Origin: a virus
Lineage: Duplodnaviria > Caudoviricetes
Reading direction: 5' to 3' (one strand)
Length of the DNA stretch: 54,689 bases
Virus record (IMG/VR): IMGVR_UViG_3300005753_000041
Coordinates: 1-54,689 of that record
Shown here: one piece after another, positions 18,012 through 29,100 of the stretch
Layout: every line of letters starts with the position of its first letter
Position numbering within the stretch: the stretch's first letter is position 1
The notes under the pieces: generated by a model
The model's database searches: none
Seen by the model: the letters and a program-made list of their open reading frames with translations, nothing else
Told to the model about the DNA's origin: nothing
Made by a program: the position numbers and the translations under genes

Positions 18012-18608
18012 ATGACATCAGACCAAAACGCAGTTACAACTGAACCTGCAGACTTAAACGCTTTAAAAGTACACGCTAAGTCTCTAGGTATTGTTTTTCA
18101 CCCAATGATAGGCCTAAAGAAATTACAGGATAAAGTGGCTAATCATTCCACTGCACCTGAACCAAATATACCTACGCAGGCGGTATCTTCACAACCCCCC
18201 GCAATAATGAGCATACCTAAACAAAAACGTGTAATACCTACTATAGAAATGCATGCTAAAATAGTAAAAGAAGCTACTAAGCTTATTAGAGTTCGTGTAG
18301 CATGTATGAATCCAAATAAGAAAGAATGGGAAGGTGAAATATTCACTGTTTCTAATTCTATTGTTCCAGCACAGAAAAAGTATGTTCCATTTAATGCAGA
18401 AGAAGGTTGGTTTGTTCCACGCATTATCTTGAATGTAATTAAAGAAAGAAAGTGCCAAGTGTTCCATACAATCAAAGGTCCGAAAGGCGAAAAGATTCGT
18501 AAGGGTAAACTCATACCTGAGTTTAGTGTTGAAGAGTTAGCGCCATTAAATGAACATGAGTTTAATGACTTGGCTAAACGACAAGCGATGGCAAATAACT
18601 TAGACTAA
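18012..18608 (+). CDS. N4 gp55-like conserved protein
   Basis: KLIRVRVACMNPNKKEWEGEIFTVSN, KKYVPF, LAKRQAM. Confidence 0.85.
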   Translation: MTSDQNAVTTEPADLNALKVHAKSLGIVFHPMIGLKKLQDKVANHSTAPEPNIPTQAVSSQPPAIMSIPKQKRVIPTIEMHAKIVKEATKLIRVRVACMNPNKKEWEGEIFTVSNSIVPAQKKYVPFNAEEGWFVPRIILNVIKERKCQVFHTIKGPKGEKIRKGKLIPEFSVEELAPLNEHEFNDLAKRQAMANNLD

Positions 18609-18619
18609 GGTAAAATACT

Positions 18620-18961
18620 ATGTTAATACAAAATAACGCACTTACATTTGATTGGGTACTTACTAAAAGCGCAAGCTTTGCTACTTATAATGAAGCTTAC
18701 TTTGATATTCAAGTTACCGCTCCAGATGGAACTGTAACTTATAGTGAGGGAGCTAATGGAGCTGGGTGGACTACTACGTTTACACAGTCTACAGCTACTG
18801 TAGACGGTCAGTTGACTTATGCCTACACTCCAACTCAATTAGGTATTTACACCATTATACTAGGTACTGGAGGCGCTACTAGCTTCACCATCTTAGATAC
18901 AGTACTTGCTTTGATTGTAAAGCAAGATAGTACTGTAAATAATACTGTTATATTAGCATAG
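18620..18961 (+). CDS. small Ig-like putative virion protein
   Basis: Beta-sandwich pattern VTAPDG...YTPTQLGIYTI; sits within the structural operon. Confidence 0.55.
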   Translation: MLIQNNALTFDWVLTKSASFATYNEAYFDIQVTAPDGTVTYSEGANGAGWTTTFTQSTATVDGQLTYAYTPTQLGIYTIILGTGGATSFTILDTVLALIVKQDSTVNNTVILA

Positions 18962-18969
18962 GATAAATC

Positions 18970-21393
18970 ATGTCAGCGATTGAGATCACAGACCTTACAA
19001 CACAGGAAACTGATGGCACAGGAGTTTTTGATGAACTCATGCGCGCTATATCAGTCCACTTGGATTCCGAGTATAAGAAGGGCAGGTTAAAAGGCTCAGA
19101 TTATGCAAAGGTGTCCTTAGGATCTATGGACTCAATCCTTCAGCAATCAACAGCTTTCCTTTTAGGAAGGCAGGCTGCTGATAAGCAGGCAGCCTTACTA
19201 GACCAACAACGTATCAATGCAGAAAAAGAGTGTCTACTTCTACTGGCTCAGATAGCCAAACTGGAAGCAGACACTTCGTTAGTTATACAGAATGAAGCAA
19301 TCGCAGTAGTAACCGAAGCAAACTTATTGGCTGAAGGGTTAAATATTCCTAAGCAAGGTTTACTGATAGATTCACAGGTAGCGAAAACCAACCAAGATAC
19401 AGCCGTAGGCGTTGTACAAGAAGCTTCAATCGTACAAGGTACTCTGAAAGCTGTAGAAGAAACTGAGCTAGTTAAACAGCAGGTTCTTAATGCACAACAA
19501 GACATCTTACTATCTATTGCCAAAATAGCAGATATGGAAGCACAGCTTGTAGTAACAAGAGCACAAGCAACTAAAATTATCCAAGATATTAGCTTATCTA
19601 AAAAGCAAGAGTTAAAACTAGACCAAGATATCCTAGTTGCACAACAGTCAGTATTAAACGCAATTCAAGAAGTACTGATGTCTAAAGCTCAAGTAGAGCA
19701 AATGGCTCAACAAATACTATTAACAACAGCACAGGTACATAAGACTATCGGTGATGGTAAATTAACTCAGAAGCAAATTGAGAAATTGACTCAAGATATT
19801 CTTGTAGCTAAGCAAGAAGTATTAGGCGCTGTACAGCAAGTACTACTATCACAGGCTCAAGTAGAAGAGATGCAAGAGCGTATCTTACTTACAACAGCTC
19901 AAGTACATAAAACAATTGGTGATGGCGAGCTAACACAAAAGCAAACAGAGAAATTGACTCAAGATATTCTTGTGGCTCAACAGACTGTATTAAATGCAGT
20001 ACAAGAGGTTGCATTCTCTAAAGCGAAAGTTGCTCAGATGCAGGAACAAGTACAATTAACCACTGCACAAACCTCTAAGACTTTAAATGACAGTGAACTG
20101 ACCGATACTCAAAAATTGAAGTTAGAACAGGATGTACTAGTAGCGCAACAGACTGTGCTGAACGCAGTACAAGAAGTCGCATTATCTAAAGCTAAAGTGA
20201 ACCAGATGGGTGAGCAGGTACAATTAACTACTGCCCAAACTTCTAAGACACTAAATGATAGTCAGTTAACTGATAAGCAGAAGTTGAAAGTAGAACAGGA
20301 GGTTCTTGTAGCCCAGCAGACTGTATTGAATGCTGTACAGGAAGTTTCATTCTCCAAAGCGAAAGTAAACCAAATGCAAGAGCAGGTTCAACTGACCACA
20401 GCACAGACTGTTAAAACAATTAAAGATAGCGATTTAACAGCCAAACAAGTAGAAAAAACCACACAAGATGTATTGGTTGCTCAGCAGGATGTCCTGAACG
20501 CTGTTCAAGAGGTTCTTTTATCAGAAGCTAAAGTTGATAACATGGTTAACCAATCAGAGCTTACAACGGCGCAGACAAGTAAAACAGAGCAAGATACTAT
20601 CAATAGTACAGTACAAGGAACCTTGTTAATTCAACAAAGAGATAAGTTGGAACAGGAAGTATTGACTGAACAACAATCTGTATTGAATATGGAACAACAG
20701 GTTCTTAAATCAGCAGCAGAAGTTACAATGATTGGAAAGCAGGAAACTAAGTTAGATGGAGACATTTTATTGAATGCAGAGGCTCTGAATACAGCCATTG
20801 CAACTACGTCACTAACTAATTCTAAAGTAACCATGACAGGTAATCAGGCATTGACCGAAGTTACTCAAAAGCTTAAGTTAGATCAAGATATTGCTTTAAG
20901 CGTATCTCAACAGTCTAAAATTGCACAGGAAACTTTAATAGGTGTTCAGCAAGAAAAGAACCTATTTACTGACGAACTCAAGACAGACCAAGAAATCCTG
21001 TTATTAACTGAGAAAGTAACCAATGAAGCTAAGCAAGGTATCGTGCTAGATAGTCAAACAGTTAAGATTGATTCTGAGAAGGATCTATTAATTGAGAAGA
21101 AATGGACTGAACAAGCCCAAACTAAGAATGTAGTAAACGGTACTACAATCTTTGATGCTACAGTAGAACCTAATATTGTTAATGGTGCTGTAGGTGCTCA
21201 ACGTAAGTTATATCATAGACAAGCAGATGGGTTCTTACGTGATGCTGAACAGAAGTTAGCCAAAATTATGACTGACACATGGTCTGTACGTAAATCAGCA
21301 GATCCAAATGGCACGAACACTACTGCAAACAACCTAGCAGATGCAGATATTGCTTCAGTAATAGTAAAGGCTAAGACAGGCATAGGTGCTTAA
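18970..21393 (+). CDS. N4 gp54-like tail tube protein, repeat-expanded
   Basis: N-terminal GTGVFDELMRAISVHLDSEYKKGRL, C-terminal GAQRKLYHRQADGFLRDAEQKLAK..DTWSV; central 56-aa repeats. Confidence 0.8.
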   Translation: MSAIEITDLTTQETDGTGVFDELMRAISVHLDSEYKKGRLKGSDYAKVSLGSMDSILQQSTAFLLGRQAADKQAALLDQQRINAEKECLLLLAQIAKLEADTSLVIQNEAIAVVTEANLLAEGLNIPKQGLLIDSQVAKTNQDTAVGVVQEASIVQGTLKAVEETELVKQQVLNAQQDILLSIAKIADMEAQLVVTRAQATKIIQDISLSKKQELKLDQDILVAQQSVLNAIQEVLMSKAQVEQMAQQILLTTAQVHKTIGDGKLTQKQIEKLTQDILVAKQEVLGAVQQVLLSQAQVEEMQERILLTTAQVHKTIGDGELTQKQTEKLTQDILVAQQTVLNAVQEVAFSKAKVAQMQEQVQLTTAQTSKTLNDSELTDTQKLKLEQDVLVAQQTVLNAVQEVALSKAKVNQMGEQVQLTTAQTSKTLNDSQLTDKQKLKVEQEVLVAQQTVLNAVQEVSFSKAKVNQMQEQVQLTTAQTVKTIKDSDLTAKQVEKTTQDVLVAQQDVLNAVQEVLLSEAKVDNMVNQSELTTAQTSKTEQDTINSTVQGTLLIQQRDKLEQEVLTEQQSVLNMEQQVLKSAAEVTMIGKQETKLDGDILLNAEALNTAIATTSLTNSKVTMTGNQALTEVTQKLKLDQDIALSVSQQSKIAQETLIGVQQEKNLFTDELKTDQEILLLTEKVTNEAKQGIVLDSQTVKIDSEKDLLIEKKWTEQAQTKNVVNGTTIFDATVEPNIVNGAVGAQRKLYHRQADGFLRDAEQKLAKIMTDTWSVRKSADPNGTNTTANNLADADIASVIVKAKTGIGA
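19603..20610 (+). repeat. six tandem 56-aa (168-nt) coiled-coil repeats
   Basis: Unit KQxxKLxQDxLVAQQxVLNAVQEVxxSKAxVxQMxEQxxLTTAQxxKTxxDxxLTx, counted six times. Confidence 0.9.
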
Positions 21394-21398
21394 ACACA

Positions 21399-23738
21399 AT
21401 GGCTGAGTATAGTGTAGCGGCTGCCGTACAAGGGCAGCCCTTATTTCCTTCAGGTACTCAAGATAATAAGATTAGTTCTGTTGTTTTAAGAAGTGTACTA
21501 GATAACTCTAATATAGACACAAGCGTAAGACATACAATATCTAGCGTTATCGCCGATACCTATACCCACCACCTAAATTCATTCAAATCCTCCGCGGAGA
21601 AGTATTTTCAATATGGTAAGAATTATCATCCAGACGGTATTCCTACTGATCGTACTGCAGGCAGAGATGCGGCAGATGCTGTTGAAGACGAAGGCTCTGT
21701 TGAAGCAATACAAGCTATTATAGAAGCTGAAATCGGGGAAGAAATAATAATAGAGTATTATGCCTATAGGCCCACTAAACCTAATTTAGTGGCTATAAAA
21801 TGGTTATTAGATGATGTGAAATTAACAGTAACCAATACCCGTGCTAGTACGTATACCACTCATGGTATATTTGATTTTTACAAGATAGCTAGTGGGTCTA
21901 GGCAACGTGTAATTGCTCCTCCCACAATAGTTGGAAATACACTTACAATATCTCACAGCACTATAATAGAGTACAGAGACTACAGTGAGTGCCAAGATGC
22001 ACAAACTGATGATGGGCAAAGAGAATGCCAGCAGGATTACGACACTTACTGGGATTTCGCAGACGTTTCCGTAGTCCAAACTAGAGTATATGATTTATCT
22101 TTAACTTCATCATATACTGATATTTCCATATTACACCAAGTCCGGTACTTCTTAAAAAGTAACCATAGGGTATTTATTTGGATGTATAACCAAAACGATA
22201 ACACCTACCCAGATATTCATACAAACCTAGTTGGCTTCTCTGAGGATGGGTGTTTTCCCTTCGCGGTACTAATTGATTCAGGTAAAAAGGTATCGGAGGA
22301 TGAACTAGGGGTAGATTACAAACGGCATACAGATTACCTGTTAAACAAACTAGGTATTGAATTAGATACTGTAATGGAAGGGCTTGAAGACCCTGATGAC
22401 AGTACATCACTATCCAGCGTAGAAGATGCGTTCATAATGTTCGGAGTAGACTTTGATACAAGCGAACAAGAGAGTTTAATGTATCTATATGAGTTCTTCA
22501 GGAACGCGCATTACCATGAGAACGCATTTTCACAATCAGATTGGATAACGCATGGACCTACTTTTTACGCAGGTAATACGACCCATTACAGTTCCAGTAA
22601 AATAAGCTTTCGTATAGGACATACTTTTACCACAGTTGAAGAATTAAATGGAGCCATCACTAGTACCACTGTACCTAATTTACAAGTGGTAATTGTAGAT
22701 GGGGCAGAACTTGACCCAAACAATGATGGAGTGACCTATGTACAGGATGGAGATGTAACTGAGACTTTACTAGGGGAGATATCTAGTCAAATAGTTCTAG
22801 GAGACTTTAGTAGTTATGATCGATATGGACTAGGATATAACAATCATACGTTAATACTACGCAAACAACACACTCCAACCACATATATACAAATAGTAAT
22901 TCATGGCTTGGATTACTTTACTCGCGTACTAGATACTGAAACTAGGAAAAGTAAAGGTGTGTTGGCTACGCTTAATGATTTAAGTAATAGACGATTTCTA
23001 CTTCCTATATCACATAACGTAATTAATAACTTACATCCAATAATACAAGCATATATCTTGGAGCAGGGACTGCACATAAGTATCTACTCTATAACAGTCA
23101 CTAAACTTAAATGGTACCAAACAAGTACCTTTGCAACAATAATGCTAGTTGTACGTATTGTACTCCTCGCAGTATCCCTAGGCAGTAGTGAAGGTATATG
23201 GGAGGCTATTTGGTTTTTAATACAGAATTATGTAATAGGGCAGATTATTGTCTATGGATTAGCTATACTTGTAGACGCTATTGGAGGGGAAGCGGCATTA
23301 TTCCTTGCAGCGGTTGCAGCGGTGGCTTCTATTACATTAGGCGATGGCTCAGGTACTTTTGCACTAATGAGCGCAGACCAGCTTATGCAGGCTGCTGGGT
23401 ACCTAATTACAGCCACTAATGTAGTAACTGCAGACGCCTTTGAAGATTTACGTAGAGAGATGGCAGTAGCTGAAGATTTACTAGAGTCTCAAGAAGAACA
23501 AATAGCTAAGATCAATGATTTATTAGATGATGGTGGCGGAGAACTAAATTATTTAGATTTAATTGTAAATAGACCTGTGCTTGATTTGAATGAATCCCCA
23601 ACCGCCTATTACAATAGAAGTATACATATAACTAATCCGGGTGTATTATCTTTAGATAATATTGACTCATATATAGGTAATCTACTTAGATTGCCTGAAT
23701 TAAGTGAATACAACACAAGCATTCGAGGACTAACATAA
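21399..23738 (+). CDS. N4 gp53-like virion protein with C-terminal TM helices
   Basis: AFIMFGV...YLYEFF, KLKWYQTSTF then hydrophobic helices, ESPTAYYNR; synteny. Confidence 0.8.
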   Translation: MAEYSVAAAVQGQPLFPSGTQDNKISSVVLRSVLDNSNIDTSVRHTISSVIADTYTHHLNSFKSSAEKYFQYGKNYHPDGIPTDRTAGRDAADAVEDEGSVEAIQAIIEAEIGEEIIIEYYAYRPTKPNLVAIKWLLDDVKLTVTNTRASTYTTHGIFDFYKIASGSRQRVIAPPTIVGNTLTISHSTIIEYRDYSECQDAQTDDGQRECQQDYDTYWDFADVSVVQTRVYDLSLTSSYTDISILHQVRYFLKSNHRVFIWMYNQNDNTYPDIHTNLVGFSEDGCFPFAVLIDSGKKVSEDELGVDYKRHTDYLLNKLGIELDTVMEGLEDPDDSTSLSSVEDAFIMFGVDFDTSEQESLMYLYEFFRNAHYHENAFSQSDWITHGPTFYAGNTTHYSSSKISFRIGHTFTTVEELNGAITSTTVPNLQVVIVDGAELDPNNDGVTYVQDGDVTETLLGEISSQIVLGDFSSYDRYGLGYNNHTLILRKQHTPTTYIQIVIHGLDYFTRVLDTETRKSKGVLATLNDLSNRRFLLPISHNVINNLHPIIQAYILEQGLHISIYSITVTKLKWYQTSTFATIMLVVRIVLLAVSLGSSEGIWEAIWFLIQNYVIGQIIVYGLAILVDAIGGEAALFLAAVAAVASITLGDGSGTFALMSADQLMQAAGYLITATNVVTADAFEDLRREMAVAEDLLESQEEQIAKINDLLDDGGGELNYLDLIVNRPVLDLNESPTAYYNRSIHITNPGVLSLDNIDSYIGNLLRLPELSEYNTSIRGLT

Positions 23739-24304
23739 TGCACACTATCGCTAACAACTCTTTCGCTTTACAACAAGCACAACCATACAGAAACGATAGC
23801 TTCCAATCTTTTGGTAATGTAGGTCAAAGCAATATTCCAACCACTGCGATTAGTACTGGAAACTTCAATACTGGAGGCTTTAATAACCTAGGAGGTACTG
23901 CACTCTCTCAAAGTTTAAGCTCTATAGGTGGGATAAATCATCCGGATACTCAAGGGTATGCTGCCGGAGGAAATGCCACACAAATGCAAAGTATACAGGA
24001 ACAAATACAAGCAGAGCGCCTACGACAAAGCAATGCAAACCAAGCGGGAGAGAGTGGCTTTAGTTTAGATGATGGGATAAAATTAGGGGGTTTAGCTGTA
24101 GACGGATTTAATGCATATTTGAACTTCAATGCTCAAAGAGATCAGAATAGGCAATTTAAACAAAACTTCAGTGCCAACTCCATCATAAACAATAATAAAC
24201 TATTAGGGTTGGAATCTAATTTTAACGACAGAGAACGACACAGAGCGTTAAATACTCCTGGATACAAAAAACAGACGCTTAATTTTGAAAGAATCCCTAA
24301 TTAA
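23738..24304 (+). CDS. ejection protein (N4 gp52-like position)
   Basis: Gly/Asn/Gln-rich, no Cys; first of three genes ending in vRNAP. Confidence 0.6.
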   Translation: MHTIANNSFALQQAQPYRNDSFQSFGNVGQSNIPTTAISTGNFNTGGFNNLGGTALSQSLSSIGGINHPDTQGYAAGGNATQMQSIQEQIQAERLRQSNANQAGESGFSLDDGIKLGGLAVDGFNAYLNFNAQRDQNRQFKQNFSANSIINNNKLLGLESNFNDRERHRALNTPGYKKQTLNFERIPN

Positions 24305-24313
24305 GGAAAGCTT

Positions 24314-26125
24314 ATGCAAAACTCAATAGATGTAAGTGCTCTAGGTAGGGCATCTTTCCGTAATGGTAAAGATAATACCGCACAGTACCTTGAAAATATA
24401 AGTAAAGCACTTAATAGAGGTTTGACCCGTGTACAAGGAATTGCCGACTCTCAAGCAGATGACCGCTCACAGCAGGCCAATGATTACATTAATAGCCTTA
24501 CTACAGCGGATGCATTAGCTGGTGCGGATTTATCCTCTACGGCACTCAAGGCTAGGTTTGGTGGGCGTTTAAACGCTAATGTATTCACTAATGCTTCTGG
24601 GCAAAATAAGGAAAACCAAGACTTATTCTTATCTAACCAAGCCTTTAGTGATAAAAAGAAATCTATAGATGATAGAAGTATTGTGCAGGACTTAGGTGCG
24701 CTGTTAGTTAAAGGACAGCAAACCAATAACTTTAGTGAATATGAGGCAGCACTATCTAAAGATGGCTTTGCATTTGGATTAAACGATAGGTCTTCAAGAT
24801 TGTCACAAGGTTTAGCAACTAGACGACAAACTGAAACCTACTTCAAACAACAGGCTAAGGAAGCTACACGAGTAGCTGGAGAGACTGCTATAGGCTCTGC
24901 TATTGACTTTAGCGAGAATGATAGAAATGAAACTGTAGATGAATTTGGGAACATGAATACTGAGTTCAATGATTTCTTACAAGCATCTGGAGCTAGTAAA
25001 GACGCAGACGGTAACTATAATATTACACAAGCAGATACTGATACTTTTAAGGCATCCCAGAATGCTGTAAATACCTTTAGTACAGGACAAGCTGAAGCAC
25101 TGGAACAGTACGGTGACTTTGATCCAAATGCTAAATTTACTAAATTAGGGATACATCCAAATACCAAACAAATTGCGATAGGTTACATTGAAGAAGGGAA
25201 TAGACTACGTAAAATTAAATTTGATGAAGACCAAGTTAAAAATAGAAGCGCAATACAGGCAAACCCTTATATAACGCTTAACCAAGATGGTAAAGTCGAA
25301 GCTACGGAATACACTACTCCAGAAGGTTTATTTAACTTAAAGGAGATAGGTGAGCGTAGGAAGACGTTTAACGATAGAAAAGCCGCTTTTGATAAAGGGG
25401 TAGCTTCCAGACAAGAAGACAGACGAATTTTAGAGAAAGAGCTAGGAATCAATGGAATATATAAACGTGGACTTGAAAACCTACGTGCCTCATCTGGATA
25501 TAAAGCTTCAGAATCAACTAGACGTGCACAGTTAGAACAAACATATACTTCTCAGTTTGATGCCCAAAGTAGGAATAGTGGATTTGGTGATCGTAAGTTA
25601 GCATTAGCCAACCAAAGGGCTTCTACTGAAGCTTCAAGTCAATTAGCTACTGCACAGGCTGCCTTTGATAAGTTTACTCCGGGAAAACCTGAGTATGAGA
25701 CTGTAGAGGAGCAATCAGACTTAATATCTGAGGTTATGGATGAAATCAATATAGATAATGAGGGCAGTAATGTATTAGGCTTCTTAGGTAATGATGGGGT
25801 TGCAGGCAAAGAACTTAGAGCTTTAATTTCTAGTGAGGAGGTAAGGTATATTAAACTTGCTGGAGCTGAACGTAAACCAGTTCCTGCATCAGTAATGAAG
25901 GCTGCTATAAAACTAGCTACTTTAGATGATGGATTCTGGCAAGATAAAGGCGTAAGGAAAGATAAACTTAAAGCGCGTATACAGGAATTGATGAATGCTA
26001 GAAGTAAAGCATTCAATACTGCAGACCTTGGATTAAACCAAGCTAAAGCTAATACTAAAAAAATACAAGAGCAGATACTTAATCACGGGCAAAAAGGTCA
26101 GACCTTACCTCAATTTGGAAAATAG
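24314..26125 (+). CDS. ejection protein (N4 gp51-like position)
   Basis: 603 aa, helical, no Cys seen; immediately upstream of vRNAP. Confidence 0.65.
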   Translation: MQNSIDVSALGRASFRNGKDNTAQYLENISKALNRGLTRVQGIADSQADDRSQQANDYINSLTTADALAGADLSSTALKARFGGRLNANVFTNASGQNKENQDLFLSNQAFSDKKKSIDDRSIVQDLGALLVKGQQTNNFSEYEAALSKDGFAFGLNDRSSRLSQGLATRRQTETYFKQQAKEATRVAGETAIGSAIDFSENDRNETVDEFGNMNTEFNDFLQASGASKDADGNYNITQADTDTFKASQNAVNTFSTGQAEALEQYGDFDPNAKFTKLGIHPNTKQIAIGYIEEGNRLRKIKFDEDQVKNRSAIQANPYITLNQDGKVEATEYTTPEGLFNLKEIGERRKTFNDRKAAFDKGVASRQEDRRILEKELGINGIYKRGLENLRASSGYKASESTRRAQLEQTYTSQFDAQSRNSGFGDRKLALANQRASTEASSQLATAQAAFDKFTPGKPEYETVEEQSDLISEVMDEINIDNEGSNVLGFLGNDGVAGKELRALISSEEVRYIKLAGAERKPVPASVMKAAIKLATLDDGFWQDKGVRKDKLKARIQELMNARSKAFNTADLGLNQAKANTKKIQEQILNHGQKGQTLPQFGK

Positions 26126-26130
26126 CTTAC

Positions 26131-29100
26131 ATGAGATTTGATGATAGTTTTATAGACTTCGATTTATCCAAACAATCGTCTATTAACATGTTTGGACAAA
26201 AAGAAGATGCGGTAGCTAATGCAAGCCAAGCCAAGCAGAATTCAATAAATGATAAAGTTAATCAAGATACTTTGGATAGGTTCAATGAAACCGTAATACG
26301 TAATAACCGTAGAGATTTTGGGGAACATGCCCAAGATGCTGCTTCTCTAGCCTTAAGAGCTTCACTAGGTTTAGGGCAAATTGCGTATGGCGCAACAGAT
26401 TTAGCATTATACGGGATCTCTCTCGGCAATATTGATTTAGATAAAGCAACCGAAGATCAGTATGGGGAAAGTCTAAGCCAAAAATTCCAACGAAGTAGGC
26501 GTATAGCCAACTCATTCGAATCAGAGCAACTAACTGCGCGTAGAGCAGAAATAGCTCGTAGGTCACATGAGAGAGGCTTAACCAATCAACAATTTGATGC
26601 AACTAATCCCACCGGCTTAGATAACTTTTTTCAAGGAGTTAAAAACTTTGGTAGTGCAGTAGCCGACCAAATTGAATTTGCAACTGTTGGTTTAGATTCT
26701 GCATTAGAGTCAATTCCCCAAGCGCTTGTGCCCGGAGGAATAACCAACATATTCAGAGCCAAGTTAGCCGGTGCTGCAGGAAAACTAGCAGCTAAGAATG
26801 TTACTAGAACTAAGCAAGGTAAAGCCTTATTTAATGCAAATGTACCCGAAGGTAAAGTAGCTAAAAACTTCAGACGTACTAAAGCAGGTAAGGCAATAAC
26901 TAAAGAAATAAAAGAAATAGCTTCTAGAAAAGGAGCTAAAGATTATTTAGAATCTAAAGCTGGGGTTAAAGCAGTAAATAGTATTGCATCTAAAACTGGA
27001 TTAACTTATGTAGCTGTATCGGAAGGAATAAGTAATGCAGGCGAGGTTCAATCTACAATATTGAACTCTACTGAGAAAGACTTAAATGCAAGCTCTAAAG
27101 AATATCGAGAGTTACGTAAACAAGGTCAGACACATAAACAAGCTAAACGGGCATTAGCTAATACAGGACGTTTAATTACTGCTTTAATAGCAGGGGCTAC
27201 AGGAGCCGTAGCAGGTAAATTAACCGGTTCAGCTAAGTTAGAAGGTCTTGGATTTAAAGTCGATTCCCCAGTAGGTAAAAAAATAGCCTCTAAAATATTG
27301 GTTAACCCAGTAACCAGTTCTGCAGCAAGAGAAGGCGTAGAAGAGACCCTCCAAGGAGCGTCAGGAACCTTTGCAGGAAACGTAGCTCAACGATTGACCT
27401 CAAACGATGATCAGAAGCTGTCAGAAGGCGTTATAGAAGGTGCTGCTCAAGGATTAGTTGCAGGTGTTATCTCAGGTGGTGGCTTAGCTGCTGTTTTGAA
27501 TATACCTAATGTAGGCTCAACAGTTTCTACTGGAATTAAAACAGGCGTTCAAGCAGTCTCTAAAAAGATTGAAGAGAAGACTTTAAGTAATGTAGATCCT
27601 ATTGCTAAAAAAGCGATCAAGTCAGGAGACTTAAGTAATATAGATAAGGAAGCTAACCCATTAGCTTATTTACAAGCAATTACTAATGAAAAATTCATAC
27701 CTAAAGACGAGAAAGAACTGGCTAAGCATAATGAAGAACTAGTTAGGGCAGCCACTGTTATATTTAATGATTTAGGTACTAGAGGTAAGGCACTTGCAGA
27801 TATTGGGGATACTGTACAAGAATTTCAAAAACAGTTAATTAGTCATGAAGAGACTCCCAACTTAACTGATGAACAAGTTACTGAGTACACACAAGCTATT
27901 GAACAGTATATAACAGACTTGGGTGAATTTCGTACTTTAAAGGACGCTTACGTAATACAAAACGACAAAATAACTACAATTAAAGAGGGTATTAAAGCTA
28001 CAGCACAAGCACCTATACAGGCTATAAAAGAAAAGTTAGATGCGGATAACTCCACAGTTATTGGGGAGAATACTAATGTAGATGCCCCGAAGGACAATTC
28101 TACTAAAATCACAGTAGATGAAGCCAACACTTTGTTAGGTAGTGGTACTAGGGTCACTGAATCTCAAGTAAATCAACTAGCAGAAATAGATGGTTTATCT
28201 GAGGAATCTAAAGCAGCGATTGATTATTACAAAGCAGTTAACTCAATAAGTGCTGTATCTCAAAATATAGCAGATAATGCCCCATTGCTTACGGATAAAC
28301 CAAATGCAAAAAAAGGCGTAGTACAGCACATAGAGGCAATACTTACTGCAACTAGTAAAGCAGATAAGGTTGGTGCCTATAACGAGTATGTTCAATTCAG
28401 GGATGGTTTAATTAATAAAAGTAAGGAAATTCTTGACTTAAATAAACCGAAGACTAGTCCTGAGTATAAGAAAGCATTTGCTAAATATATACCTCAAAAA
28501 CTAAAAGATAAAAATCCAGCTGACTTAGATGCACAAGTTACTAAGATTATGCACAGTGTATCTAAGGCTCTCAGACAGCAGGATTTACCGCTACTGAAGG
28601 TTACAGATATACATCTTAGTAACTTTGCCGGGATAACTACAAACAGTCCCTTAGAAGGCTCTACAGAGGTTGGGAGTACTCCAGAACAAAGTGTCGATAA
28701 TGTTACTACTCCAGAAACTACATCTGTACAGAATACGGATACGGGCACCGCAGACGTGCCTACTAAAGGTAAAATTCAACGGATTAAGCGGGTAAGTGTA
28801 AATACCCCTAGCAAACATAAAGATTCTTTATTTGTGTTTGGAGATAACCTAATAGGCAAGGGTAAAGCGGGACAAGCAGTAATCCGTGATGCAGAAAACT
28901 CAATAGGTATTCCTACTAAAAATCTACCCAGTAATAAGGATGGGGCCTTTGCAACTGATGCAGACTTTGATACATACAAGACTGCTATAGATACAGCTAT
29001 TACTAGTATCAAGGAAGCTCAAGATTCAGGAAAGAATATAGTGTTTCCGGTAGATGGTTTAGGTACGGGCTTAGCTAATTTAGCTGAAAGTAGCCCTAAA

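Noticed and set aside
5275-20610. Repeat arrays as CRISPR array or DGR template/variable repeats
   Set aside because: Repeats are in-frame coding units with synonymous divergence; no unique spacers, adenine-specific variation or reverse transcriptase seen
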